From the NCBI GenBank assembly GCA_045535075.1, contig JAZSKX010000017.1, positions 192,001 through 256,000 of the forward strand: 64,000 nt of DNA. The letters run 5' to 3'. How positions within the stretch are numbered: the first letter of the stretch is position 1; each line of letters opens with the position of its first letter. This document shows positions 18,578 to 28,348 of the stretch, piece by piece. The notes under the pieces were generated by a model. It was not told the DNA's origin. It made no database searches and saw only the letters and a list, made by a program, of their open reading frames with translations. Source of the DNA: Candidatus Spyradenecus sp. Lineage in GTDB: Bacteria; Verrucomicrobiota; Verrucomicrobiia; Opitutales; UBA953. Both the position numbers and the translations under genes were made by a program.

Positions 18578-18783
18578 ACGGTTGCGGGAGCCTTTTGACG
18601 CTCTACGCAACCATGAAGCGTGAATACGGCATGAGCGATGATGAGTTCTTTTTCGAGTGTCCGCCGACGCGAATCAATGCGTTGTTTGCTGCTCTGTGTG
18701 AACACTACGGCATGCAGGGCATGGAGACTTATCGCAATAAAGAACGTCTCGTAAAATGTGCCGACTGGTTTGGAGAAATGTGA
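18565..18783 (+). CDS. Tail assembly chaperone -1 frameshift extension (GT)
   Basis: A AAA AAC at 18565-18571; the -1 frame is open through 18783. Confidence 0.75.
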   Translation, partial: KKPLNGCGSLLTLYATMKREYGMSDDEFFFECPPTRINALFAALCEHYGMQGMETYRNKERLVKCADWFGEM

Positions 18784-18789
18784 CAAAAG

Positions 18790-20337
18790 ATGAAGAAAAG
18801 CATCGAAATTAAATTTGGCGCCCGGGGAACCGCGACTGCTGCAGCGGCGATTCGTAGCCTTTCGAGTGGGATTCGCGGCTTGGGGAATGCTGCATCGAAG
18901 GCTGCGAAGACGGGACTGAAAGCACTCTCTTACGGGATCACGGGCTTAGGAGCGTCGGCGCTTGCGGGAGTGTATGCCTTGCAGCGCGGTGTGCGAGCTT
19001 CGCTCGATTACGGGGCTGAAATGCACAAGCTTTCCAATACCCTCGGAATATCCGCCGGAGAGGTGGCTGTTCTTTCGCAAGCGTTCCGTGAAAACGGAAT
19101 GGAAGCGAATATGGTGACGTCGATGTTGCCGAAAATGCAGCGAAAAATCGCGGAGAACTCCGAAGCATTTAAAGCTTTGGGGCTCTCGACGAAAGCACTG
19201 CAGGGACGCTCTGCCGTCGAACAATTCAATGCCCTTGGCGAGGCGGTGCGTGGTGTTACGTCGCAAGAATCTAAGATGCTCGCATTGATGCAGATCTTTG
19301 AAGAGGCCGGGCCGCAGATGATGCAGCTTTTTAACAATAAGGATGCGTTCTCCGGTGCGCGAAAAACCCTGGGCGCGGAAGCGGAATTGCTTGCCGCCAA
19401 CGCTGCCGCTATGGAGCGAGCTTCAACCTTGCTTGGGAATGTCTCGGTGAAGTTGCGCGGTTTTTTCTCCGGTGTTGCCGTTGGTGTACTTAATCCGCTT
19501 TTGCGGGCTATGGAGGCGTTTAATGGGCTGGATTTTGCTAAATACGGCACACAGTTCGGAGAGGCGCTCGGCAAGCCGCTGAATGCCGCAATTCAGGCGT
19601 TTAAGGAGGGGCGTCTCGGAGAGTTTCTTGCAACGGAGTTGGAATGGGCGGTTTCCAAAATGAGGGATTCTCTCGCGCACGCGTTTTCGAACAGCGGCAT
19701 TGGTCGACAGCTTATTTCCGTGTTTGCAAATCTTGGAACTGTTTTCGGTCAGTCGGTTATGGCGGCTGTTAGCCCGGATGCCCTAAACCTTGTGAACAAT
19801 TCGGGGCGCTGGCTTGGCGCCGCTGCATATAGCCTTCAAAGTGGGGATTTCAGCCATGTGGCTCGCTTTCAAGAGGAAACGAATTTTTTTGAACGTAAAG
19901 TGGATACGGATTCCTTGGAAAATGCGCTTTCGGGACTGGGGGCGGCGGTTGCCCGTTTGGGACCTGCTGCGATGGAAACGGCAGAGGCAGAGTCGGAGGC
20001 GACGCGACGCTTGCGGGAACGACGTGATGCTTTGCGCTCGGAATTTAATTCGCGGGCTCCGGATAGCATAGCACAGTATTCAGCTCCGGTAGTGGGAGCC
20101 GAAAGAGCGGCGGCGTCGGCGGCGTCGGAAGCGAGCTCTGCGCCGAAAAAGCAGCATAATAGCCTTGCACGTATCGGCGGCTATCTCGGCGGGACGAGTT
20201 CTCCGGCGACGAGTGCTGCGATGCGTACGGCAAGAAACACAGACCGCACGGCGAGCTTTACCGAGAAGATGTCTCGCTCGTTGGAGACAATTGCGGGTTC
20301 TCTCAGATCCGGCCCCGCGACAGCCGCGTATGCATAA
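18790..20337 (+). CDS. Tape measure protein
   Basis: 515 aa, Ala/Gly-rich helical, after the G/GT pair. Confidence 0.8.
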   Translation: MKKSIEIKFGARGTATAAAAIRSLSSGIRGLGNAASKAAKTGLKALSYGITGLGASALAGVYALQRGVRASLDYGAEMHKLSNTLGISAGEVAVLSQAFRENGMEANMVTSMLPKMQRKIAENSEAFKALGLSTKALQGRSAVEQFNALGEAVRGVTSQESKMLALMQIFEEAGPQMMQLFNNKDAFSGARKTLGAEAELLAANAAAMERASTLLGNVSVKLRGFFSGVAVGVLNPLLRAMEAFNGLDFAKYGTQFGEALGKPLNAAIQAFKEGRLGEFLATELEWAVSKMRDSLAHAFSNSGIGRQLISVFANLGTVFGQSVMAAVSPDALNLVNNSGRWLGAAAYSLQSGDFSHVARFQEETNFFERKVDTDSLENALSGLGAAVARLGPAAMETAEAESEATRRLRERRDALRSEFNSRAPDSIAQYSAPVVGAERAAASAASEASSAPKKQHNSLARIGGYLGGTSSPATSAAMRTARNTDRTASFTEKMSRSLETIAGSLRSGPATAAYA

Positions 20338-20362
20338 CTTTTAACTTTTTGGAGATCAATAA

Positions 20363-21184
20363 ATGGCAGTAACAGAGATTAAGGTTGCGAGCTCACGGGC
20401 GGAAAATCCGTGGACGTATTCGGTCGGCGCGGACGGAACCAAGACGATTACCGAGCGCAAATGCGGGACCGTGGAGGAGATGGTCAACTGGGCTCAAGCG
20501 TTTGTCGTGGGTAAGGTTTACTCTCTAACCGAGCTCGGAGATTGCCCGTTTAGCGGAAGTTGGCAGGCTTGCGGGGCGCGTGTAGATGTTCTACCCGGCA
20601 AATTTGCGACGGCCGAACGGACTTATTCAATTCCGCGAGGTGATACTGTAGGGCTCGAAAACGTTATGCCGGAGGATTTGGCTCGAGAAGAGGAATTGGA
20701 TTTAAATCCGATTGAGCAGCCGATAACCGGTGCAAAGTTTTGGCGTGATGCGTTCCCGGAAACGTGCGAAGGCAATGGAGGGACAGGCGACGGATTGGAG
20801 GCTCTTAAACGCGTCCAGCTTTACATTGATGCCCCGAGCAAAGACGAAGCAGACAAGATTAAGGCTACATTCACCTCTGAGGCCGAAGAGAAGATGGCGA
20901 AGTTTCGCATGAGCGGCGTGGAAGCCTATATGATTCCGGCTCCTGTCGCGTCAGTTACTGTTGAACGCCTTAAGGCCCCGGACGCATTTTCGGATATTTG
21001 TAAAATCGTATCGAAGCCGGAATTCGAGAAATTGTCTGCGCCGAGTGGCTTTGAGTGGCTTTGTTCGGGCGGAAGGGTTACGTGGTCTCGAGGGACGGGG
21101 AAGTTTGTCGTGACGCGGACGTGGCAAGCGGCGGAATACTGGGATCGGGATTTGTATACTGAAGCGAAAAAAGACGGCCAATGA
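20363..21184 (+). CDS. Tail tip/baseplate-region protein
   Basis: Position after the tape measure. Confidence 0.5.
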   Translation: MAVTEIKVASSRAENPWTYSVGADGTKTITERKCGTVEEMVNWAQAFVVGKVYSLTELGDCPFSGSWQACGARVDVLPGKFATAERTYSIPRGDTVGLENVMPEDLAREEELDLNPIEQPITGAKFWRDAFPETCEGNGGTGDGLEALKRVQLYIDAPSKDEADKIKATFTSEAEEKMAKFRMSGVEAYMIPAPVASVTVERLKAPDAFSDICKIVSKPEFEKLSAPSGFEWLCSGGRVTWSRGTGKFVVTRTWQAAEYWDRDLYTEAKKDGQ

Positions 21185-22569
21185 TTTTACCTCCACGAGT
21201 GACCCCAGGGCAGCCGATTCGTGCCGCCCATCAAAATCTGCTTATTGACGCAGTTCGGAAGCTGAGCGGTGTTCGTCTCCAACGTATCGGAGTTCCGCAG
21301 CGCTCTCGCGCAACCGGGACGGTGTCGGTGCCGTTTGAGGTGTCGGTAGTGAACCGCGACGGCACATACTACATCCAAAATGCACCCGGCTATTGGACCG
21401 GACGCGGAACTGGCGACGTGTCACGAGGGGTGTTGCCGGATTACGATTTTGACGACGAGGGCAATCCGCAAAACCCGTGGCCTGAGATTGCCAACGAGGG
21501 GTTTGACATGTTTCGCATTCACGCTTGTGAGTGGGATTTGGGCGGGACGCTCATCGCAGGGAAACGCTACCTTGTTTTTTTGCGGGCAGATGTTTTGGGG
21601 GGCGGAGTTCTTGAAAAGCATCCGAAGATTTATCTCGTCGAGGAAGACGAGACGCTCCCGGACAGCGATCGTTTTCATATCGAAGCGTACACGGCGGCGA
21701 CGTTGGTTGCTGTTGTTAAGACGCAAATTAAAAATAATTCGGTTACCTATTCGGTTGATCAGGTCCTGGCATCGGGTTTTTCCTATTCGATTCCGCCGAA
21801 TGCGACGGCACCGTTTCGTTGGTGGCGTAAGGACGGAACTCTCAACACCTTTGGCTGTTTTGGCGGGATTGTGCGTTGCCAATCGGTTCGTTTTCGCGGG
21901 CCTGCTGTGAATAGTCCACCTTCTTGGCCCTATGATGGCGGAGAGGTTCTTTATCCGCCGGACGCTGAGTTTGAGCAGTTTAAGGAGATTACGGTCGTTG
22001 TTCCCGGGGAGGAGTTTGCATTTACGGAGGCGGAAATTGATGCCGGGGTGGTTATTTTTCTTCAGGTGGATGTCGATTCCGGGTCGGCACGAACGACGTG
22101 GATTATGCGGAGTTTAGCTAACAGCGGTCTTTCGTCGCTTAAAATAGGCAATGATCCCGGCGATGCCCCGAGCACTCCGATTGAAGTCCAACGGATTCTT
22201 TTGGGGTTGTACTTTACGGAGATATTTGTTCGGCATCCGTATGTGGACGGTCGACCGGTATGGACAAGCTGCGTTCCGATGGCAATTGTGCGGAGAGCGG
22301 GCAACAGCCGATGTCCGGATGTGCTGACGATTCGCTCCGGTGTAGTGGATGTGAGACCGATTTTGGAGCTCCACTTTGTACATTTCAGTGCGTGGTACAA
22401 GGATTACAACTGCGAGGGAGCCGTGGATCCTTCGGCGGTGGTTCAAGAGGCATTTGATGCGTCGGAGGGTGCGTTACAGGAGTTCGGCGACAAGTCCGAG
22501 TCGACGACAGCGAGCTCTTTTGCGCTCGAAAATGACGAGCTGGAACAAGCAAGTAATTTTGAAGCATGA
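21181..22569 (+). CDS. Tail structural protein
   Basis: N-terminal PGQPIRAAHQN motif; translational coupling on both sides. Confidence 0.5.
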   Translation: MILPPRVTPGQPIRAAHQNLLIDAVRKLSGVRLQRIGVPQRSRATGTVSVPFEVSVVNRDGTYYIQNAPGYWTGRGTGDVSRGVLPDYDFDDEGNPQNPWPEIANEGFDMFRIHACEWDLGGTLIAGKRYLVFLRADVLGGGVLEKHPKIYLVEEDETLPDSDRFHIEAYTAATLVAVVKTQIKNNSVTYSVDQVLASGFSYSIPPNATAPFRWWRKDGTLNTFGCFGGIVRCQSVRFRGPAVNSPPSWPYDGGEVLYPPDAEFEQFKEITVVVPGEEFAFTEAEIDAGVVIFLQVDVDSGSARTTWIMRSLANSGLSSLKIGNDPGDAPSTPIEVQRILLGLYFTEIFVRHPYVDGRPVWTSCVPMAIVRRAGNSRCPDVLTIRSGVVDVRPILELHFVHFSAWYKDYNCEGAVDPSAVVQEAFDASEGALQEFGDKSESTTASSFALENDELEQASNFEA

Positions 22570-23258
22570 ACACCATTGTTTTAACGTTTACCTATCCTGC
22601 AGATGCCGAGAAAGCAGCGCTCGGTGCGGCGTTTTTGCCTAAATCATGGCGAAAAATTTGGTGTGTTGAATCGGCTCACGCATCGCAGATTACACCACCC
22701 GAAGGCGTGGATTTGCTTGTGCGGGATTTTCCACGCGGGAACACGCTGCGCGGAGATGGGGCGGTTAATGCGCAGGCTCAGATTTATCGCGAACTCGGTG
22801 CTGAGTGCGATTGTCTTGTAAAGCTTGATTCCGACACCGTACTTTTCCGCCCGGAGGCATTCACGGCTCCGTGCGAGTTTTCCGACATTGATTTTACCTA
22901 TATCCGGAGGCACCACTTTGAATCGAGGTTACTTGTTAACGGGTGTTGTTATGCGATGTCGCGGCGAGCGATTGAGCGCCTTGCTGCGTTTCCGGCGGAG
23001 CATCCGAAAAATTTTAAGGGACATGAAGATTTGATTTTTTCGGAGTTTTTCACCTGCCAGCACAAAGATTTGACGCTTTGCCAAATCGATAAAACGAAAG
23101 TTTATTGGCACACGAAGCCCTCGATGTCGTCCCGGCACTTTGCCGCGCATTATGGCTATATTACGACTGCGCAGATGCGTGCTCTTCTCGTTGAACATCT
23201 GAAGGAATGCCGTCCCCTTTCTTCTGAACTTAAAAACCTTTATGAAATTCTACATTGA
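22566..23258 (+). CDS. GT-A fold glycosyltransferase-like protein
   Basis: LVKLDSDTVL (DxD), NGCCYAMSRRAI and HED motifs. Confidence 0.6.
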   Translation: MNTIVLTFTYPADAEKAALGAAFLPKSWRKIWCVESAHASQITPPEGVDLLVRDFPRGNTLRGDGAVNAQAQIYRELGAECDCLVKLDSDTVLFRPEAFTAPCEFSDIDFTYIRRHHFESRLLVNGCCYAMSRRAIERLAAFPAEHPKNFKGHEDLIFSEFFTCQHKDLTLCQIDKTKVYWHTKPSMSSRHFAAHYGYITTAQMRALLVEHLKECRPLSSELKNLYEILH

Positions 23259-23549
23259 TACTGATAGCTTCCATGCCGTGCCGACCTTGTATGCGGATGC
23301 GGCGAATCAGAACAGCCCGAGCGCCCGATTGCCGCGCACTTCGGCTATATTTCCGAAGCGGACATTTGCATACGCATGGAGCAGATGACGGGTAATCCGT
23401 TTGCGCTTTCGTCGCAAAGCGAATACGCGAAAGCCGTTGCCGAATATTGCGAGAAAAACGGCATTAAGATTCACGAGCGGCGAATTATTTACAATTTGGA
23501 CGGGTCTCGCGTTGACGGCGAGAACCCGCCGAAACCTATTGAATGCTAA
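23242..23549 (+). pseudogene. Chimeric remnant: old tail-fibre N-terminus fused to the C-terminus of a second glycosyltransferase allele
   Basis: MKFYIDTDSFHAVPTLYADAA resembles the fibre start MKIYIDTNTFPASPALYADAE; then in another frame IAAHFGYISEADI resembles FAAHYGYITTAQM of the upstream gene, ending at TAA 23549. Confidence 0.75.
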
Positions 23550-23553
23550 TCCA

Positions 23554-26139
23554 ATGAAAATCTATATCGACACTAACACATTTCCCGCGTCGCCCGCGCT
23601 TTACGCGGACGCGGAAAAAACGAAGCCGTTACCGCGCATCATCCCCCTTGTGCAAGGCTTTCGCGGCGAAATCGAGGTTTGTTTTCTCGGCGAGCTTGCG
23701 CCGAAGACCGGCGACGGCTTAACGCTTGCCATGCGCCCGTATGGCACTGGCGCTGATGTCGTGCGAACGGAAACCGTTGCAGTTGTTGCCGGCGCGGAAG
23801 CCGGCGTAGCCGCAAGCGCCAAAGTCAGCCTCGCCGTAAACACGGACGCCCTGCAGGCGGCAATCGGCACACGCGAAACGCTGAACGTGCTTTGCGGCGT
23901 TATCGTGACTGACGACGCGGCGGCATTCCCGACGCGGATGGAATGGCAAATCGTATTTGCTGTTGCGGCTTCGGCGCTTCCTAATGGCGTTCCCGCGCCG
24001 GAAATCTCGCCAAGCGCAGTTGATGTGCTACGCGACGAAATCAACGCCGTCAAAACCGACCTTGCGAAAAATTACGTCAACCGAAATTCGTCGCAGGATG
24101 TTGCCGGCGTTAAATCGTTTTTGCAGGGGATTAACATCGGCAGCTCGGCAAATCCGTTTGGGGTTCCGGAATGGCGAATCGCAAGCGGCGGAATCACTTA
24201 CTTCGGCGGCGGCATGTCGATGCCCGGCAACACGAAAATTTTGCCGCAAGGCGTGTCGTCGGATGTTGTTAGTGCTCGTGCCGTAAAAGGATTAACGTCC
24301 TCGGCGGGCGAGATTCTAATCCCGGCAAAAACGGGAACGTTTGCGCTCGTTAGCGACGTGGAAAGCGCCGTCGGAAAAGCGCTCACGTCTGCCTACAAAT
24401 ACGCCGGGCAAGTGCCGACGGAGGCGGATTTGCCCGAAAGCGCAGAAAACGGCGACGTTTATGATGTTGCCGACACCGGAAAGAATTACGCTTACGACGC
24501 GAAACTCGGGCGCTGGGATGCTCTCGGAGGGACGATAAATTACGCAACAGTAGCCGAGGTGCAGGCATTGCAGTCAGCCGTCGAAGCCAAGGCGAACGAC
24601 GCGGACGTGGTGCACAGGAGCGGGAATGAGACGATTAATGGAGAAAAGAGATTTACAGCAGATATTATTGTTGACGAAGGTTATTTTCTTAAGTCTCGCT
24701 TGGGTAGGTTGTTAATTGGAAGTGAAACATCAGGGGAGAGATTTGCATCTCTTGACCACCTTTCCGTTCTCCCCCTCGGAACGACTACCGCTCTTGGCGC
24801 TCCTGCCTACGGCTTGCACGTTTCCGCGATTGGCGGCTTGCAACTGTTTGGGACGCACTTCCTGAACGGAGACATTTGGACGGACGATTCCGTTAAAATG
24901 GTAAAGAGCAATGTCTCCCTTTACTCGACCGACAAGGCTTCAATCGGATTTGACTACGCTAACGAAGTAGTTTTCCGCACGATGCCGAACGACGGCACGG
25001 AGGCAACGTACAAGCTTGAGGCGTGGAAATGGGACGATGATTCGCATTCGTCGAAATCAGCGAGCGCGGGAGTTAGGTTCCTCAAGCCGTCACAGAAAAG
25101 CGCGCTTGAGGCAACGTCTGTGTTGAACATGCAGGAAGGGGACGCACGGTGGTGGCGAGCCGGAAGTAGCTCTATTCCGATTAAACCTTCCGGGCAAAGC
25201 TCGCCCGCAGCTATATTTCTTAGTACGTATTATTCCGGTGAAAGTTTTGAGCTTTCTTTTGCAGGTCTTGAAAAAGACGGAGACGGTTACCCAGACGTCA
25301 CTTTTAAGTTCCCTTTCACGGGTGGGCAGATTGCGCTGAAATCGGACATTCCTAACATGTCGTTTGTTGACGGCGTGTTTGTTATGCGCGACAGTGTTTC
25401 GTTGAACAATAATACAGACATTGGCAATGCCGGCATTTTGTATGGGTTCGACTTCACGTATCAATATCGTTTCCCCGAGAAAACCGGCACGGTCGCGCTG
25501 TTGGACGACATCGTTCTTGGCTCGGGCGCGTCGGGGGTTAGTCCAGCCGGAGCTACAACAGGGAGCAACGTCGCCATAGGTCCGGAAGCTAAATCGCACG
25601 GTGGTGGGACAGGGTCGGAGACGGTCGCCATTGGCGCTCGGTCGAGTGCTACCGGAATGTGCTCAACAGCACTCGGGCGAGATACTATTGCGAGCAACTG
25701 TCTGGCCGTTGCGTTGGGAGCCACTGCAAACGCGACGGGCAATCAGTCAATCGCGATTGGCTGTTTTGCGATGGCAAGCGCATATAACACCATTGCGACT
25801 GGCGAAAATGCAACCGCAAGCGAAGGTGGAGCTGTCGCGATTGGTAGCAATGCGAGCGCGACAAATACAAACTCCCTCGCGATTGGACCCAACGTGAAGT
25901 GCTTCTTGGCGAAGAGCTTTCTTATTGGCGCGAAAAACGACATTTCACTTGAAGGAAACAAGCTTTGTATTGGCGCAATCAATGATGACAATCCGGGATT
26001 CTTGTTTGTGGAGCAGGATGCGAACGCCACCATCACGGGCGTCCGCATTTCCAAAGAGAACTTCATGGCAATGCTCAAGCAGTTCGGCGGTGAGGATTTC
26101 ACAGCGACGAAACCTGCGGAGGAACAAGCAACGGAATAA
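23554..26139 (+). CDS. Tail fibre/receptor-binding protein with YadA-head-like repeats
   Basis: ATG 23554; repeated P.KTGT.AL..D joints; repeats VAIG/TALG/IAIG with about 14-aa period near the C-terminus. Confidence 0.8.
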   Translation: MKIYIDTNTFPASPALYADAEKTKPLPRIIPLVQGFRGEIEVCFLGELAPKTGDGLTLAMRPYGTGADVVRTETVAVVAGAEAGVAASAKVSLAVNTDALQAAIGTRETLNVLCGVIVTDDAAAFPTRMEWQIVFAVAASALPNGVPAPEISPSAVDVLRDEINAVKTDLAKNYVNRNSSQDVAGVKSFLQGINIGSSANPFGVPEWRIASGGITYFGGGMSMPGNTKILPQGVSSDVVSARAVKGLTSSAGEILIPAKTGTFALVSDVESAVGKALTSAYKYAGQVPTEADLPESAENGDVYDVADTGKNYAYDAKLGRWDALGGTINYATVAEVQALQSAVEAKANDADVVHRSGNETINGEKRFTADIIVDEGYFLKSRLGRLLIGSETSGERFASLDHLSVLPLGTTTALGAPAYGLHVSAIGGLQLFGTHFLNGDIWTDDSVKMVKSNVSLYSTDKASIGFDYANEVVFRTMPNDGTEATYKLEAWKWDDDSHSSKSASAGVRFLKPSQKSALEATSVLNMQEGDARWWRAGSSSIPIKPSGQSSPAAIFLSTYYSGESFELSFAGLEKDGDGYPDVTFKFPFTGGQIALKSDIPNMSFVDGVFVMRDSVSLNNNTDIGNAGILYGFDFTYQYRFPEKTGTVALLDDIVLGSGASGVSPAGATTGSNVAIGPEAKSHGGGTGSETVAIGARSSATGMCSTALGRDTIASNCLAVALGATANATGNQSIAIGCFAMASAYNTIATGENATASEGGAVAIGSNASATNTNSLAIGPNVKCFLAKSFLIGAKNDISLEGNKLCIGAINDDNPGFLFVEQDANATITGVRISKENFMAMLKQFGGEDFTATKPAEEQATE

Positions 26140-26237
26140 CAGATAGAGGAGAAGCTTTATGTCGGAAATCAATGTTTTGACAGCGCACGCAACGTCGTGC
26201 GTGAAGCAGACAAAAAACGTAACAGGAGAAAGAAATA

Positions 26238-26612
26238 ATGAAACAACTTATTCAAATAAACGAAGGCAATGAGGCCCCGGCGGAATTTTTAGCCGAAGTG
26301 CGGAATGGGGTCGTCCTCTCGCTTACGATTGCAGAGGATGCGACTCAAGAAGAGCGTCCCGTTACAATCGAACATGGGAATGAAGCCGGGGAATCGGTTT
26401 TGGTTTGGACTTGGCGGGAGACTCACGTCGATGACATCAGGGTTGTTGAATACGGGGCGTTGGTAACACTTTTGATTCGCTTGAAATACTCAGCAGACGC
26501 GGTCGAAGCAGCACATTGCAATGCGGCGGCGGGGCAAAATGCAGATATTGACGAAATCAATGCGTGGCGTGCCAAAGTCAAAGCGTTTGCCCGGACGATT
26601 TTCCCTGCTTGA
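26238..26612 (+). CDS. Hypothetical protein after the tail fibre (possible fibre chaperone)
   Basis: 124 aa with AG-rich leader; LIRLKYS...AWRAKVKA. Confidence 0.6.
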   Translation: MKQLIQINEGNEAPAEFLAEVRNGVVLSLTIAEDATQEERPVTIEHGNEAGESVLVWTWRETHVDDIRVVEYGALVTLLIRLKYSADAVEAAHCNAAAGQNADIDEINAWRAKVKAFARTIFPA

Positions 26613-26644
26613 CTTGGGAGCATAATCGAGCGACACCAGTGGGC

Positions 26645-27469
26645 ATGATAGACAACACAATCACTTTGCCGTGCTTTCCGTATCCTGGCGGAAAAACAAA
26701 GATGCGTGAACGCCTTGTAGCGATGTTCCCGACACACAAAACCTATGTTGAGCCGTTTGCGGGAGCCTTGGCCGTTTTACTCGGGAAACCGCGTGTGAAA
26801 TGTGAGGTTGTCAACGATCTTAATGAAGAGCTCGTGATGTTTTTCCGCTATGTGCGGTTGCATGGAGATGCGCTTCTTGCGGAGATTGACGCTGTTCTCG
26901 CCGCTCGCCGGGAGTTTGAGTTTTTCCGCTCCCGTGAGCCGGATACGGAACTTGGCAAAGCCTTAGCGTTTTTCTTTCGACAAATGCTTTCATTTGGCGG
27001 AATTGGCGAGTCGTTTTCGCGGCGCAAGGATAAAGCGCCTCATTGGGGAAGCAACGTGATTAAGCAACGCATTCTTGCAGTCCGAGAACGGTTGCGCCGT
27101 GTCTATATTGAATGCAAGCCGGCAAACGAGGTGATCGCATTCTACGATACTCCGGAAACGTTCTTTTTCGTGGATCCTCCGTACATTTGTGCTACCCCAG
27201 CTCGCTATAAGGCCTTTACGCCGGAGCAGATGCAAAGCTTGAGGGATACGCTTTCCCTATGTAAGGGAGCGTGGATGCTGACTTGCGACAATTCTGCTAC
27301 CTGTCGTGAGATCTTTTCCGGTTTTAGGACGACCGAGATGTCGACCCTGTATTCGCTCGCGAATGCTGCCCCGAAGCTGGTTTCCGAGCTTGTTGTTTTT
27401 TCTAAAAATTTCCCTATTCAGAATGAAACCTGTTTTCCCGTATCCGGGCGGCAAATCGAAGCTGCTTAA
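26645..27469 (+). CDS. DNA adenine methyltransferase (Dam/D12 family), copy 1
   Basis: FPYPGGK, YVEPFAG, VVNDLN, FFVDPPY. Confidence 0.9.
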   Translation: MIDNTITLPCFPYPGGKTKMRERLVAMFPTHKTYVEPFAGALAVLLGKPRVKCEVVNDLNEELVMFFRYVRLHGDALLAEIDAVLAARREFEFFRSREPDTELGKALAFFFRQMLSFGGIGESFSRRKDKAPHWGSNVIKQRILAVRERLRRVYIECKPANEVIAFYDTPETFFFVDPPYICATPARYKAFTPEQMQSLRDTLSLCKGAWMLTCDNSATCREIFSGFRTTEMSTLYSLANAAPKLVSELVVFSKNFPIQNETCFPVSGRQIEAA

Positions 27470-28268
27470 ATCCATTCTTCCGTTTATCCCGTGCGCGGAA
27501 ATCCGAACCTATATTGAGCCGTTTGCGGGCGGGCTTGCCGTGCTTTTGGCTCACGAAGAGCCATTTCCTCGGGAAGTCGTCAATGATGCGAATGCAGGGC
27601 TGATGGCGTTTTATCGAATGGCCGCATTGCATCCGGACGCGCTTCTTACGGAGCTTTCTGCCGTGATCGCGGCACGGCGGGATTTTGAAATGGAAGTACG
27701 CTTTCCGGATTCGAGGACAGAACTTGGACGTGCTGCTCGGTGGTACTGGATGACGAAGCAGAGCTTTGGCGCACAGGGAGAGCATTTTGGTCGCGGGAAA
27801 GATGAATTTCATGGCGTGGACCTCGAAAAAGACGCTCCGGTAATTCGTCGGCTTTCTGAGCGTCTGAAATCGACAATTTTTCGGAATACGGATGCGTGTG
27901 AGGTCATTCGGGAGTTCGATGCCCCGGACACGTTCTTTTTTCTCGATCCTCCGTATATCGAATGCGGCGACACTGCCTACGATGCGTTCACAGAAGATGA
28001 CATGAATCGTCTTCGCGAGACGCTTGTGTCGAGCAAAGGAAAATGGCTTTTGACCTGTGACGATTCTCCGGCAACGCGCCGTGTTTTCTCCGGATTTCGC
28101 GTGCGTGAGAATCTGATTAGGTACTCTCTCGCCAAAACCAAATCCGGGAAAATTTCCGGGGAGTTAATGGTTTTTTCGGAGAATCTCGCTACCGATTTTC
28201 TTGGCAAAACTTCGAGGCTGTTTCCTCTCTCACGCACCTCGAAAGTAGCTACCGCGCAAACCGCATAA
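27423..28268 (+). CDS. DNA adenine methyltransferase (Dam/D12 family), copy 2
   Basis: FPYPGGK, YIEPFAGG, VVNDAN, FFLDPPY; start placed at ATG 27423. Confidence 0.9.
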   Translation: MKPVFPYPGGKSKLLKSILPFIPCAEIRTYIEPFAGGLAVLLAHEEPFPREVVNDANAGLMAFYRMAALHPDALLTELSAVIAARRDFEMEVRFPDSRTELGRAARWYWMTKQSFGAQGEHFGRGKDEFHGVDLEKDAPVIRRLSERLKSTIFRNTDACEVIREFDAPDTFFFLDPPYIECGDTAYDAFTEDDMNRLRETLVSSKGKWLLTCDDSPATRRVFSGFRVRENLIRYSLAKTKSGKISGELMVFSENLATDFLGKTSRLFPLSRTSKVATAQTA

Positions 28269-28348
28269 AAGGGCGTGCAATTTCACTGCACACCCTCTGC
28301 AAAAACTCCGCATCGGCGTTGCTTTTTCAGCTTTTTTTGGGGGGGGGT

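Noticed and set aside
26159..26239. 26-codon ORF between the tail fibre and the next gene
   Set aside because: Too short to support despite a purine-rich leader and a TAATG overlap.
23242..26612. Invertible tail-fibre segment (gin-type) or diversity-generating retroelement
   Set aside because: The duplicated pieces are direct and diverged at all base types. No invertase, reverse transcriptase, flanking inverted repeats or adenine-specific TR/VR pair was seen.
28332..28347. T7-G9 homopolymer as a phase-variation switch
   Set aside because: It is non-coding, lies between convergent gene ends in the phage terminus, and has no promoter or ORF to switch.
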